Source of the DNA: a virus
Lineage: Duplodnaviria; Heunggongvirae; Uroviricota; Caudoviricetes
DNA: 64,000 nucleotides
Strand: one strand, 5' to 3'
Virus record (IMG/VR): IMGVR_UViG_3300026549_001501
Span: 35,348 to 99,347 of that record
This document shows, in pieces, positions 37,561-48,250 of this stretch. Below the pieces are notes generated by a model, which saw only the letters and a list, made by a program, of their open reading frames with translations, did no database searches and was not told where the DNA came from. Position 1 is the stretch's first letter. The number at the start of each line of letters is the position of its first letter. Position numbers and translations under genes: made by a program.

Positions 37561-38076
37561 ATGAGAAAGCATGCAGGAAGTTCAAAAATTATGAAGAGAA
37601 TAATATTTCTTGATATAGACGGTGTTGTTAATCACGATAACTGGTACTATGAACAGCGAGTGGTTAACAAGAATTGGGAGTGCGGAGATGCAGATCCAAA
37701 ATGCATAGCGCTTCTCAATTCACTGTATGATATCGGTGCAGAGGTTGTAATAAGTTCTTCGTGGGGAGAAGACGCAGATAAGTTGCTTAATGAAACGGGG
37801 CTAATGCTTCATATTATTGGGCATACCGACCACTATCATAGTGATTTTATTTGCCGTGGAAATGAGATTGAGAAGTGGATTGTTGAACATACGGACAGTA
37901 GACTCGGAACAAAATTCGGAAAAGAGTATAAGAATAAGGACTATACATATGTAATTTTTGATGATGATTGTGATATGCTTCTTGGGCAGAAAGATAATTT
38001 CATTAGGATAGATTCAAAGACAGGGCTTACTCAGGAAGACATTGACAATGCAAGGAAAATTTTATTGGATGAATAA
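37561..38076 (+). CDS. HAD-like phosphatase, 171 aa
   Basis: IIFLDIDGVVNHD (DxDGV motif I). Confidence 0.45.
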   Translation: MRKHAGSSKIMKRIIFLDIDGVVNHDNWYYEQRVVNKNWECGDADPKCIALLNSLYDIGAEVVISSSWGEDADKLLNETGLMLHIIGHTDHYHSDFICRGNEIEKWIVEHTDSRLGTKFGKEYKNKDYTYVIFDDDCDMLLGQKDNFIRIDSKTGLTQEDIDNARKILLDE

Positions 38077-38410
38077 GAAGATAGTATTTTGGATTGACGA
38101 TGAGAGGTGCCCCGATTGGTTTTTCCCGAAGGAATTCTATGAGGAGTTTACCGTCATATGGATAAAAGATTACCATATGTTCGAGTTTTATCTCGTGCAT
38201 TTGGGCGTACCGTATGAAATACACTTTGATCACGATTTAGGCAATTCCGACATGCATACAGGGCTTGATTGTGCAAAGCTGTTGGTTCAATATTGTATGG
38301 ACAACTGCGAGAGCCTGCCAGAAAGGTACGCCTGCCATAGTTCAAATCCATCAGGAAGGGACAATATCCTGAGCGTACTTGATTCGTATAAAAAGTCACT
38401 TGAATTATAA
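38042..38410 (+). CDS. hypothetical protein, 122 aa
   Basis: ORF only. Confidence 0.4.
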   Translation: MTMQGKFYWMNKKIVFWIDDERCPDWFFPKEFYEEFTVIWIKDYHMFEFYLVHLGVPYEIHFDHDLGNSDMHTGLDCAKLLVQYCMDNCESLPERYACHSSNPSGRDNILSVLDSYKKSLEL

Positions 38411-38415
38411 AAGAT

Positions 38416-38805
38416 ATGATAATAGCAATAGATTTTGACGGAACGTGCGTAACACACGAATACCCGGAAGTTGGAGAATCCATAGGCGCCGAGGACGTTC
38501 TAAGGAAATTAGTAGAGAACGGGCATAAGCTTATTCTCTATACAATGAGAAGCCATAAGGAAAACGACGGAAGAGACACCCTTTCAGAGGCTGAGAAATG
38601 GTTTAAAGATAACGGTATTGAGTTATACGGTGTCAACGAGAACCCGACGCAGGTGCTATGGACAGAATCGCCGAAAGTATACGCAAATTTGTATATTGAC
38701 GATTCCGCGCTCGGTTGTCCTAAGAAGAAATTGGACAACGGACGTATTGTTGTGGACTGGGAGGTAATCGGCGCACTATTCAAGAACGCAAATTTAATTG
38801 ATTAA
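38416..38805 (+). CDS. HAD-like hydrolase, 129 aa
   Basis: IAIDFDGTCV (DxDGT motif) and a later YIDDS. Confidence 0.5.
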   Translation: MIIAIDFDGTCVTHEYPEVGESIGAEDVLRKLVENGHKLILYTMRSHKENDGRDTLSEAEKWFKDNGIELYGVNENPTQVLWTESPKVYANLYIDDSALGCPKKKLDNGRIVVDWEVIGALFKNANLID

Positions 38806-39571
38806 CAATATGGGAACTTACGCAAATTTTTTAATTGAAGTAAAGGATACATCTGACAGTAAGTGGAGCTTGCTTGACGGCTATTACCCATTCTTGCAGA
38901 AGGAGGAAAGTTATTATGAGAATGAGCAATGGGTAAAAAAGGTGAGTGAGCCAGACTTGGTTTGCACTAGCGGAGAGAAACTTACGAAGGCAAACAGGCT
39001 ATGGAGGCAGGGCTCTATCAGGGATATATTTTCCAATAGTTACTTTAACGACACCCATCTCAACAGCCGTGGGCTTCCTGTTGATATCAGTGAAGGAGCG
39101 AAGGCTATTTTTGACGAGAAGATGGCAAAGGTTGAGAAGGAGCAACAGGAGTACCGCGAGAAATACGGTATGGAGAAGCCGTTTGGCGGTAAATGGTGGT
39201 GGGGTGAATCCTATGCAACAATGGCTGAATTGGAAAAGCTCTTTGAAAGTGAACTCGAAAAATGGAAAGCCAATTTGAAAAAACAAATTGAAAAGAAATT
39301 CAAGGACGAGATTCTGTATAAGAAGAGCGACGAGATATTCAACCTGCTGAATGACGTTCTCGTGAAAGTCGGGGGCGACAAGAAGAAAGAGAAAAATGTT
39401 AAAATAGATAAGGAAGAAATCGGCGCCGCCGATGAAACTATCGACTATCTTCTTGAAGAAGATATATGGGATATTTTCAATATCCACTCTTTTGTTCAAA
39501 CTGTTAACGAGATTTGCGACTTACTCACGAATGATTATTATGAGGCACGTGTGATTGTTTGGCTAGATTAA
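38798..39571 (+). CDS. hypothetical protein, 257 aa
   Basis: ORF only. Lys/Glu-rich central region. Confidence 0.5.
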   Translation: MINNMGTYANFLIEVKDTSDSKWSLLDGYYPFLQKEESYYENEQWVKKVSEPDLVCTSGEKLTKANRLWRQGSIRDIFSNSYFNDTHLNSRGLPVDISEGAKAIFDEKMAKVEKEQQEYREKYGMEKPFGGKWWWGESYATMAELEKLFESELEKWKANLKKQIEKKFKDEILYKKSDEIFNLLNDVLVKVGGDKKKEKNVKIDKEEIGAADETIDYLLEEDIWDIFNIHSFVQTVNEICDLLTNDYYEARVIVWLD

Positions 39572-39583
39572 AAACTTTATAAT

Positions 39584-40198
39584 ATGGAAATTAATAATTT
39601 TGAGTACATTAAGCCATTGCTTAAATTCGGTACTGACGCATTCTATCTAATTCAGATTATGCAGCGCGGAAAGGACGCAGGTAATGAGGGTAAGCCAAGC
39701 ACAAGGGTTATCCGTTCCTACTATGTTAACACCGAGGAGTACTTCGATTCCCACGAGGAGGAAATTAAGAAGCTGTGCCGCGTTTTCAACGCAAGGGCAT
39801 ACATTCGTCTTAACCCTTCTTCTTGGAAGACTTGTTGCCTGAAGTCCCTTGGCGAAATCGCAAAGCTCATTGAGAACGAGCAGTACCCTTGCCTCAAGAG
39901 TGTTATTGACGGGCTCGCTGGGCAGTACGGTGCAGGCAAGGAGTATCAGAAGACTTGGATTGTTGATATTGACACCAAGGATGATAAGTATATCCGTGAG
40001 GTTCTTGACGTGATTGATACAAAGTGCGAGCCTGCAGGCGGGAAACTCGTCTGTGCGCTTAATACAAAAAATGGTTGCCATTTGATCACAACCCCGTTCA
40101 ATCTTGCGGAATTCAGAAAATATTATACTGAGGCTGAGCTTCAGGTTCACAAAAATAATCCTACTTTATTGTATTATTGTGATGAAGGAATCGAATAA
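39584..40198 (+). CDS. hypothetical protein, 204 aa
   Basis: ORF only. Confidence 0.5.
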   Translation: MEINNFEYIKPLLKFGTDAFYLIQIMQRGKDAGNEGKPSTRVIRSYYVNTEEYFDSHEEEIKKLCRVFNARAYIRLNPSSWKTCCLKSLGEIAKLIENEQYPCLKSVIDGLAGQYGAGKEYQKTWIVDIDTKDDKYIREVLDVIDTKCEPAGGKLVCALNTKNGCHLITTPFNLAEFRKYYTEAELQVHKNNPTLLYYCDEGIE

Positions 40199-40217
40199 TT
40201 TGGAAGTTAAGAAGAAA

Positions 40218-40619
40218 ATGACTATCTTTGAATTGTTAGGAAATTTATTAAACTTTAATACCCGAAGAAAAATGAAAAATTTGAATTATCAGAAGGAACA
40301 GTACCGCGGTACTATCAAGCAGATTATGAAGGTTCGTGGCCTTCGTACCATCTCCCTCGCCAATTACAACGCATGGAAGGGCAACACTCCCGGAGCCAAT
40401 GGCATCCACTCTCTCAAGCTCGACATTCAGGACGGCTATCTGAATATCTACGGCTACCGTCTTAACGGCAAAGGCAACCTCGCCTGCGGAGAAGCCATTC
40501 AGGACGCTCCCGAGAGCCTCTATGAGAAGGCATACCGTCAGGTTATGAACCTTATCGGCGACGAGGCGAAGATTCCATACAGCGTGCGCAAGAATATCCT
40601 TGTGAAGCTCGCACGATAA
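40218..40619 (+). CDS. hypothetical protein
   Basis: ORF. The start is trimmed to the MTIFELL Met to avoid overlapping the upstream gene. Confidence 0.4.
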   Translation: MTIFELLGNLLNFNTRRKMKNLNYQKEQYRGTIKQIMKVRGLRTISLANYNAWKGNTPGANGIHSLKLDIQDGYLNIYGYRLNGKGNLACGEAIQDAPESLYEKAYRQVMNLIGDEAKIPYSVRKNILVKLAR

Positions 40620-41126
40620 AAAGGCGGAAGGCGGGTTCATCACGCCCGCCTCCCTAATCACAGTCCTTTAAAATAAGTGTAGCGAAATTCCCTTTTCTCC
40701 GAACCTGTGAGATATCACGAAAATAAGGGACACAATAGCCCCTTATCATTTTTTATCATATATTAGAAATATTTCCTACCATTCAAAATCATTTCTATAT
40801 ATAAATACCGGATTAAACAGCAAAAAAAGCCATGACACTTGAAGAGTTTAAAGCAAATGCTTCGGCTATCAAGAAAGCCGTTTGCACAAGAGACGACGTT
40901 ATCAACATCGAGGGCGGTTTAATGGAAATCCATGAGGAGAATTTGGACAGGTACCTCGAGAAGTACGCTTGCAAGAATCTACAGGACTTGCAGGACACCC
41001 TTTATTACCGCTGTGGCATATTTGTTAAGATAATTGAGGAATGAGCAACAGTGATTTTACTGATCATACATAATTTGAAGCTGGTAGCATTGAATGCGGT
41101 GTTTAAACACCGCATTTTTTGTATAT

Positions 41127-43270
41127 TTGTTCATATGGTTGAAGTTAACGGAACAATAGATAGAGTTATTTTCCACAATGCGGAAAATGGATATTCGGTT
41201 CTCGACGTTTCATTTGAAAACGTCGGAAAGAACTATACTGTCGTATGTAAGGGAATGCTTGAACCGCGTATTGGCACTACCTATCACTTCTCAGGCGAAT
41301 GGAAACTTGATAAGTATGGGCACAAGCTTGACGTTCAATCATATGAGGAGATTCTTCCTTCCGATGTTGATGCCATCGAGAAGTATCTTGCAAGTGGACT
41401 TGTGAGAGGTATTGGCCCGGCGTTCGCAAAGCAGATTGTTCACACACTAGGAAAGGATACCTTCGAAGTTATTGAGAGCAAGTCAGACAGAATTTTCGAG
41501 GTAAAGGGCGTTGGTAAGAAGCGTGCCGAATCAATATGGGCTGCGTGGGAGGAACACAGGTACATTAGATCCTTGGTATCTTTCCTTCGCGAGTTCGATA
41601 TCAGTATGAACTTCATCGTAAAAATCTATCATAGGTACGGTGACGAATCAATCGAAATCATTAAGAGTAATCCATATCGTCTTGTTCACGACATTGAAGG
41701 ATTAGGATTTAACCGTGTTGACAGGCTCGCTCTTAAAATGGGATATGAGCGTACTGGCAAGGAGCGCTGTATGGCGGGTATCAAGTACGAACTACTTGAA
41801 TTGTCCGCAGACGGGCACGTTTACTATGAGGAAACGCCTCTTATTCAATTGACTGCTATTCTTCTTGAGATAGACAATGAATACGTTGAGGAAGCGCTCA
41901 GGGATATGATTTGTGAGGGATATGTTATAAAGGAAGATAAGGGAATCTACTTACCTAATTTATATCAAGACGAAGTATCCGTTGCGAATAAACTGTCCTC
42001 AATGACGTTCTATAATGCACCGAAGGTTGAGTGCAATATCGAACATATAGAATCACTTACGGGTGTTGAATATGACGAGGTGCAGAGGAACGGTATCAGG
42101 ACAATGCTCGGAGCTGGCGTTTCAGTAATTACGGGCGGACCAGGTACGGGAAAGACCACGATACTTCTCGGCGCAATCAAGGCACTTCAGGAACAGCGTC
42201 TTACAATTGCCGCCGCCGCTCCTACCGGTAAGGCTGCAAAGAGAATGGCTGAGGTTACGGGGCTTGACGCTAAGACTATCCATAGACTTCTCAGTTACAA
42301 TCCAGATACGGGATATGAGTTTAATGAACAAAACAATCTTGCGTATGATGTCGTGATTATTGACGAGGTTTCTATGGTGAACATACAGCTTATGGCTGTT
42401 CTTCTGAATGCCCTGTCATATTCCACAAAGTTAATTCTTGTTGGCGACGTTGACCAGCTACCCGCTATCGGACCCGGCAACGTCCTGTTGGATATAATAA
42501 ATTCGGGAGTTATTCCTGTCGTAAGACTTACTAAAATTTACCGTCAGGCTGAGAATAGTGACATTGTTGTAAATGCCCATAGGGTAAACAACGGATTAAT
42601 GCCTAATGTCAAGAATTCGAAGCCGAACACCGATTTCTTCTTTATTAAGGAAACGAACTACGACAGTATTCAGCGAATGATACCTGAACTTGTACGAGAC
42701 AGGCTCCCAAGTGCATTCAAGGTAAAACCGTACGATATACAGGTTCTATCGCCTATGAGAAAGAATGAGATTGGCTCCATTAATCTTAACGTTATACTTC
42801 AGGAAGCGCTTAACCCTAACGGCCCGTCAGTTACCTACGGCTCTACGATATTCAGACTTGGTGACAAGGTAATGCAGATTAAAAACAACTACGAAAAGGG
42901 TATATTCAATGGGGAAACCGGTAAAGTTATTGACGTAAACCTTGATATGAAATCAATTACGGTTGATTTTGATGGAAATATAATAGATTATGAAAAGGGA
43001 GATTTTGACGAGATTGTCCTTGCCTATGCCTCCACTATCCATAAGTCTCAAGGTTCAGAATATCCTATCGTCGTAATACCGATTGTTCGCGGGCACTACA
43101 ATATGATGCAGCGCAATCTTATCTATACCGCCATTACGAGAGCACGTAATATCTGTGTTATCATTGGTGATACCGAAATGGTGCAACGCGCCGTCGGAAA
43201 TGTGAACGCAAAGCATAGGAACACCAAACTATGCGACAGATTAAAATTAACGCCTAAAAATTTGATATGA
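41127..43270 (+). CDS. RecD-like (RecD2 / superfamily 1) DNA helicase
   Basis: N-terminal domain, HhH-like GIGPAFAKQIV, Walker A GGPGTGKTT, DEVSMV, and a C-terminal SF1 motif (IHKSQGSEYP...TAITRAR). Confidence 0.75.
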
Positions 43271-43552
43271 TGGTTGAAGGAGTTTACTACGAAAGTTATC
43301 TCTATAAACTTTCTTGCGAGAAGATAGTGTGCAGAGACTGCAGGGACGTTCCGCAAAGGGAACCCATATCAGTAATGTTCAATACAGAAATGGAATTGAA
43401 CGGATACAAGGAACGGTTCAAGAACACCCATTCCAACGATATGAAATATTATAACGAATGGTGCCGTGAATGGACTGAGGGAAAGAACAAATACACGGAA
43501 TTCATAATGGGATTTGTGTCAGACAATCAAGGAGACGATTTCTATGAGAGAG

Positions 43553-44368
43553 TTATTCTGCCTCGCAAATCCTCTTGATTGCGTTTACGTGTATCTTTGT
43601 GATAGCTTCCCTACCCTCCTCGCTCATAAGGAACTTAACGTCCGTCTTATTATCCATGAATAGATTCTCGGTTAATACAGACGGGCATTTTGACATGTAG
43701 ATAATTGTGAAATTTTCCTCATAGTCAGGATCCCCGTCGCTCCATTCAGAACGGAGTGTCATATTGTATTCTGGTAGGACTTTCTCTGCCTCTTCAAAAA
43801 ATATAGTAGCATACTCGTCGCTCTTGGTTACACCCTTAGTCGTATAGATTGACCATCCGCGCCCGCTCTGCCATTCACCGTTGCTTCCTGCGTTTGCGTG
43901 TACGGAGATAAGAAGGCAATTATTTGCACCGTATTCATTGCAGAAGTTGTTTGCCCTTGCAGCACGAACAGAAGGACGTATATCTTCCTCGACTTCAGGA
44001 ACGAGTATCTTATACATAATACCCTCCTTTTCAAGCTCATTCGCGATTCTGTTCACAATATCGCGGTTAAATTCATATTCAAAAAATTGGGAGCCATCAG
44101 GTAGGACGGGGCTTCTCTTACCGGCTGTTGATTTTGCGTGCCCGTTGTCCAATAAAATAACCATATCCTTATAATGTGTTTGCGCAGTTATTGTTTCGGT
44201 TGAAGATGTTACTGCAATATCTATCGTATCCGTCGTTTCCGTTTCTCCTGATTCAATCGTTTCTGTCTCGCCACTATCAGGGATTTCGGTAACAACGGGT
44301 TCTTCTTTCTTCGAGAAAAGGTTCTTCAAGAATTCTATGATTGCAGAAATTACATTTCTCATACCCAT
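43553..44368 (-). CDS. N-acetylmuramoyl-L-alanine amidase (Amidase_3-type endolysin candidate)
   Basis: VILLDNGHAKST...LISVHANAG...SIYTTKG pattern, with an N-terminal acidic repeat region. Confidence 0.65.
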   Translation of the reverse strand: MGMRNVISAIIEFLKNLFSKKEEPVVTEIPDSGETETIESGETETTDTIDIAVTSSTETITAQTHYKDMVILLDNGHAKSTAGKRSPVLPDGSQFFEYEFNRDIVNRIANELEKEGIMYKILVPEVEEDIRPSVRAARANNFCNEYGANNCLLISVHANAGSNGEWQSGRGWSIYTTKGVTKSDEYATIFFEEAEKVLPEYNMTLRSEWSDGDPDYEENFTIIYMSKCPSVLTENLFMDNKTDVKFLMSEEGREAITKIHVNAIKRICEAE

Positions 44369-44410
44369 AAATACGATTTTTGTATATTTAAAGATATAAC
44401 TGAAATAAAT

Positions 44411-44782
44411 ATGGGTAAAGTTTTTGAAAGTTGGGAGGAATTAATCCAAGCCAGCGAGAGGAATAGGGTGCTCATTACCGAGGACGGTAAACGAGACAGG
44501 GGAAAATTCGTTAAAATGCACGGAAGCGGACAGTACGCACTTCTTCTCGGAGTCGTCGAAGGGTATGACGATTTCTATTGGGTTACAATAAGACACGACT
44601 TAAAGGTAATGCTTGAAACCTGTGTCGGAGGCTACGATGTTATAGAAGGAGAGCTTCCACCCGCCTTAAGTGTCTTAAAATGGATGCAGGACAATGACGA
44701 GGAAGGGCTTCTTGACAGAGTTAAAAATAATCTCATTCTTGATGATACTGATAAAATAATTGTTGACATTAAAGTAAAATAG
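44411..44782 (+). CDS. hypothetical protein, 123 aa
   Basis: ORF, followed by an intrinsic terminator at 44782..44804 (GGGGCAAGTTTAGCCCCTTTTTT). Confidence 0.45.
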   Translation: MGKVFESWEELIQASERNRVLITEDGKRDRGKFVKMHGSGQYALLLGVVEGYDDFYWVTIRHDLKVMLETCVGGYDVIEGELPPALSVLKWMQDNDEEGLLDRVKNNLILDDTDKIIVDIKVK

Positions 44783-44831
44783 GGGCAAGTTTAGCCCCTT
44801 TTTTCGTATTTATTCTAAAAGGGCTAAATGT

Positions 44832-45188
44832 ATGAAGATTAAAAATTTACTACTGTTTGTCGTAACAATGCTTTTAGTTGCGAACTGTTGCCTGTTCAGA
44901 AAGGTTCCGAAAGAGAACAATAACGATGAAGGCGACGCCATAATGTATGGGATTACGATGATGCTTAACGAGCGTCAGCTTGATTCTATGATTACCGTAG
45001 ATAACCTTCCACTGTTGGAGGATTGGATAAATGCCGGATTCTACGATTACGAAACAAATGCGAGAGTGTATAAATACACATATATTAAGGAGTTGAACGA
45101 GAATAACGAATTGATATACGTTACTACCGTAAAGGATACGCTCTACAAGGTTGTGAAAAGAATGACTGAGATTAACAAAGCTGAATAA
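44832..45188 (+). CDS. secreted hypothetical protein, 118 aa
   Basis: N-terminal signal-peptide-like segment. Confidence 0.45.
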   Translation: MKIKNLLLFVVTMLLVANCCLFRKVPKENNNDEGDAIMYGITMMLNERQLDSMITVDNLPLLEDWINAGFYDYETNARVYKYTYIKELNENNELIYVTTVKDTLYKVVKRMTEINKAE

Positions 45189-45814
45189 TGAAAACACTAG
45201 GACTTAAACTATCGAAGATAGACGGAACCGAACATGTGTTCGGAGCGGGCGCACCCATAACGGAGCGAATACCTGCGCACTATTCATATAAGAGATATCT
45301 ACCGGGCGTTCTAGACCAGGGCTCACAGCCTTACTGCGTTCCTTATTCTGTTTCCACATTCCTTAATTGGAGGGAGAATATGGCAAAGAGGAGCAAGAAG
45401 GACAACAAGGTTAACTACGCTGAAATCTATGCAAGCAAGACTTCTCAGGGCGAGGGAATGACATTCAAGGAAGCATTCAAGTACCTTCGTCACAACGGAG
45501 TTTCCTCAAAGGCGGGCATTTTAAAAATTGACGAATATTCAAAGGTGGGCAGTGCGATTCTACTTAGGGTTGCACTTATTATGAACGGACCTTGCTTCGG
45601 CGCTCTTCCAGTATACAACTACAGCAAGTCTTTCTGGAAAAAGAACAACGGGGATTCTCTCTTGGGCTATCACGCCATTGCAATTGTCGGATACGACGAG
45701 AAAGGATTTATAATCAGGAACTCTTGGGGAAAGACATATGCCGACGGAGGATATACATACATTCCCGAGGGAGAGATAAACAATTTCTTGGAACTTTGGA
45801 CAATATCCGAATAA
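45188..45814 (+). CDS. papain-like (C1 family) cysteine peptidase
   Basis: QGSQPYCVPYS (Cys), GYHAIAIVGYD (His), IRNSWGKTYADGGY (the NSWG signature). Confidence 0.6.
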   Translation: MKTLGLKLSKIDGTEHVFGAGAPITERIPAHYSYKRYLPGVLDQGSQPYCVPYSVSTFLNWRENMAKRSKKDNKVNYAEIYASKTSQGEGMTFKEAFKYLRHNGVSSKAGILKIDEYSKVGSAILLRVALIMNGPCFGALPVYNYSKSFWKKNNGDSLLGYHAIAIVGYDEKGFIIRNSWGKTYADGGYTYIPEGEINNFLELWTISE

Positions 45815-45817
45815 ATG

Positions 45818-45846
45818 AAAAAGCCGCAGATTTCTGCGGCTTTCTT
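45818..45846. terminator. bidirectional intrinsic terminator
   Basis: AAAAAGCCGCAGATTTCTGCGGCTTTCTT. Confidence 0.55.
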
Positions 45847-45847
45847 A

Positions 45848-46129
45848 TTATTCTTCGTTGTCAACTCCTTTTTGCATAAATTCTTTTAGTTCTTGTCTCA
45901 TTCCCTTAATCGAGCCTACGGTGTACATACCAACGCCGAACACAGAAGCGGCGTAAACAAGTCCCTGTCCAAGAATCCATAGAACAGAATCAGTTACTTC
46001 TCCGATTGGAGGAACACAGAATCCCGCTATCGTCATACCCCATCCTAATATGAATGCGGCAATCGCCGTAATGTAAGCAATCTTTGTTCTTATATCAAGC
46101 TCCGGCCATTTCTTTTTTAATACGCCCAT
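45848..46129 (-). CDS. small membrane protein (holin-like?), 93 aa
   Basis: Two transmembrane segments. Convergent with the peptidase gene. Confidence 0.4.
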   Translation of the reverse strand: MGVLKKKWPELDIRTKIAYITAIAAFILGWGMTIAGFCVPPIGEVTDSVLWILGQGLVYAASVFGVGMYTVGSIKGMRQELKEFMQKGVDNEE

Positions 46130-46218
46130 AGCATGTACCCTTTTCTAATAATAAATACTAGTTTATTTGGAAATCTCATTTTTTCTCCCTATCTTTGCAA
46201 AGTAAGAAAAATTAGATT

Positions 46219-46647
46219 ATGAAATTGATCAGAACATTAAAGGTTGGACGTGAGAAAATTAATATATATCACGATAATTTCCAATATTTTCAACCGAACA
46301 TCCACAAGTGCGGTGACTGCCATATCAGGGCTGTATGCGCCGCAACGGGGCAGGATTGGCTCGAGGTGTTTGACGGGCTCTACAAGGTTGCAAGGGAGAT
46401 GCGTTATCCCCTTGGAAGTACTGAGAGTATTGAGGAATACCTCAAGAATTACGGGTTCACTTGGGTTCCGATTAAGCCCAAACGCGGAAGCAGTCGCCCT
46501 ACCGTCTCAGAGTTCGCTAAGAGCCACGCAAAGGACAGATACGTACTTCGTGTCAGCAACCATGTTGTCGGCGCCTACGGCGGGCATTATCACGATATTT
46601 GGGACTGTGGTGACAAGAGTCTCTACGGTTATTGGGAGAAAAAGTAA
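46219..46647 (+). CDS. hypothetical protein with Cys/His pairs, 142 aa
   Basis: CGDCHIRAVC and GGHYHDIWDCGD segments. Preceded by a TATCTTTG promoter-like box. Confidence 0.45.
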   Translation: MKLIRTLKVGREKINIYHDNFQYFQPNIHKCGDCHIRAVCAATGQDWLEVFDGLYKVAREMRYPLGSTESIEEYLKNYGFTWVPIKPKRGSSRPTVSEFAKSHAKDRYVLRVSNHVVGAYGGHYHDIWDCGDKSLYGYWEKK

Positions 46648-47055
46648 AAACATAATAATATGGCATATAAATACGCATATCGGCACGTTGCGTTCCTCTA
46701 TACCAAAGAGGCTGTTGACGAGGAACTGAACTCAATCTACAAGAATAACAACGACGGAAAGGACATTATGTCCCTTCAGGTTATTCCGCGCTACCGAGAG
46801 AACGACCAGCTTCCGTTTCGTTACGAAATTTCGTATGTTTATAGGTGGGAAGAAGATGAGTAAACATTCAGAGCAAATTTCTGAAGCCATTGACAAGTTC
46901 AATAATATGCTTCATTCGGGAAAACATTCAAGAGAAGAGTGTTATTCTTATCTCTATAATGAGAAAGCCAAAATTGAGAACAATTTTTACAAAGAACACG
47001 GGTTCTTTATGGACATGGGATTTAGTTTCCTTTACCCAGAAAGATTTGTATAATT

Positions 47056-47448
47056 ATGACTGATAAAGAGTTTCTTGTACTACAGGTAGACATGTCCGCC
47101 CGAGTGCCTTACGGACTGAAGGCATTATACGGCGGACTGGCGATAATTGATGTGGAAGGCGTCAATTATTATGGTGAGGTTACGCCTCGTGGATGTAACT
47201 ATACCGTTCCACTCGAAGAGGTTAAGCCTTATCTTCGTCAGTTGTCAAGTATGACTGATGAAGAAAAGAAAGAATGGTTTAAATATAGCCATGTTGATTA
47301 TGACTGCGAGTTCAAACCGGATGCGACACTATCAGTATATGACTGCCATTTATCTATTGATTGGCTCAATGAGCACCACTTTGATTATCGTGGACTTATA
47401 GAAAAGGGGCTTGCTCTTGAAGCAACAGAAGATATGTATAAAGATTAA
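47056..47448 (+). CDS. hypothetical protein, 130 aa
   Basis: ORF only. Confidence 0.45.
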   Translation: MTDKEFLVLQVDMSARVPYGLKALYGGLAIIDVEGVNYYGEVTPRGCNYTVPLEEVKPYLRQLSSMTDEEKKEWFKYSHVDYDCEFKPDATLSVYDCHLSIDWLNEHHFDYRGLIEKGLALEATEDMYKD

Positions 47449-47458
47449 TAATTAATAT

Positions 47459-48250
47459 ATGAAACAGCAATTATTATATTGGATGCGTAAGGATGAAATT
47501 GATGACAAAATGCTTTGGAAAAAAGCAGCGAGTCATCAGGAGATATTTGTCCGCGATCAAATCGGTTCCCTTATCCAAATGCCGGTGTTCGTGATATCAC
47601 TACACCGTTCAAAGTCAATTACTCTACCCGTTTACGGCTTCACAATGCGTAACGGAATCAAGGTTATTGCGCGAGAAAACTTCTATGGGTGGAAACTTAG
47701 TGTGACACTTCCGAGGGAAAGACCATACGCTGAAATCATTCCTGAGGATATTATTAGCGAGGGATACAAGGGAAAGAGGATCCCGAGTTGCTATTTCGAG
47801 GGATTCAAGGAAGAATGGTGTCATTGCAGTTACCGTCCTGACGTGAAGCAACGCAAGTTCTCCATTGGTATCTACAGCGATTACAAGTTCTACACTGCGA
47901 TGTATATCCTTTCTCACCTGTACGAAGACATTGACTTCACTAAGGAAGCGGAGAATCTCACTAAGGATAACGTGGCTAAGGCAATCAGGAAAGTCTATGC
48001 CGAACAGGGAAATAGTGAAATGGAGAAGGATAGTTGGGGTGGCTACAGTCCTGTAATGAGCGGATTTGAAATCCTGTGGCAAACATACAAGCTTTTCGAT
48101 GACTATCGTTTCCGCGAAAAGAATCACATCGAAGGTTTTGCAATGGACGATTCAGATAACCCTGACAAATATGCGGAGCATATCGTGAAATATCCCGAAC
48201 TCCGCAAGGTGTTCTGTCAAGAAATGTTTGGATATAATCAGAAATACTAA
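47459..48250 (+). CDS. hypothetical protein, 263 aa
   Basis: ORF only. Confidence 0.5.
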   Translation: MKQQLLYWMRKDEIDDKMLWKKAASHQEIFVRDQIGSLIQMPVFVISLHRSKSITLPVYGFTMRNGIKVIARENFYGWKLSVTLPRERPYAEIIPEDIISEGYKGKRIPSCYFEGFKEEWCHCSYRPDVKQRKFSIGIYSDYKFYTAMYILSHLYEDIDFTKEAENLTKDNVAKAIRKVYAEQGNSEMEKDSWGGYSPVMSGFEILWQTYKLFDDYRFREKNHIEGFAMDDSDNPDKYAEHIVKYPELRKVFCQEMFGYNQKY

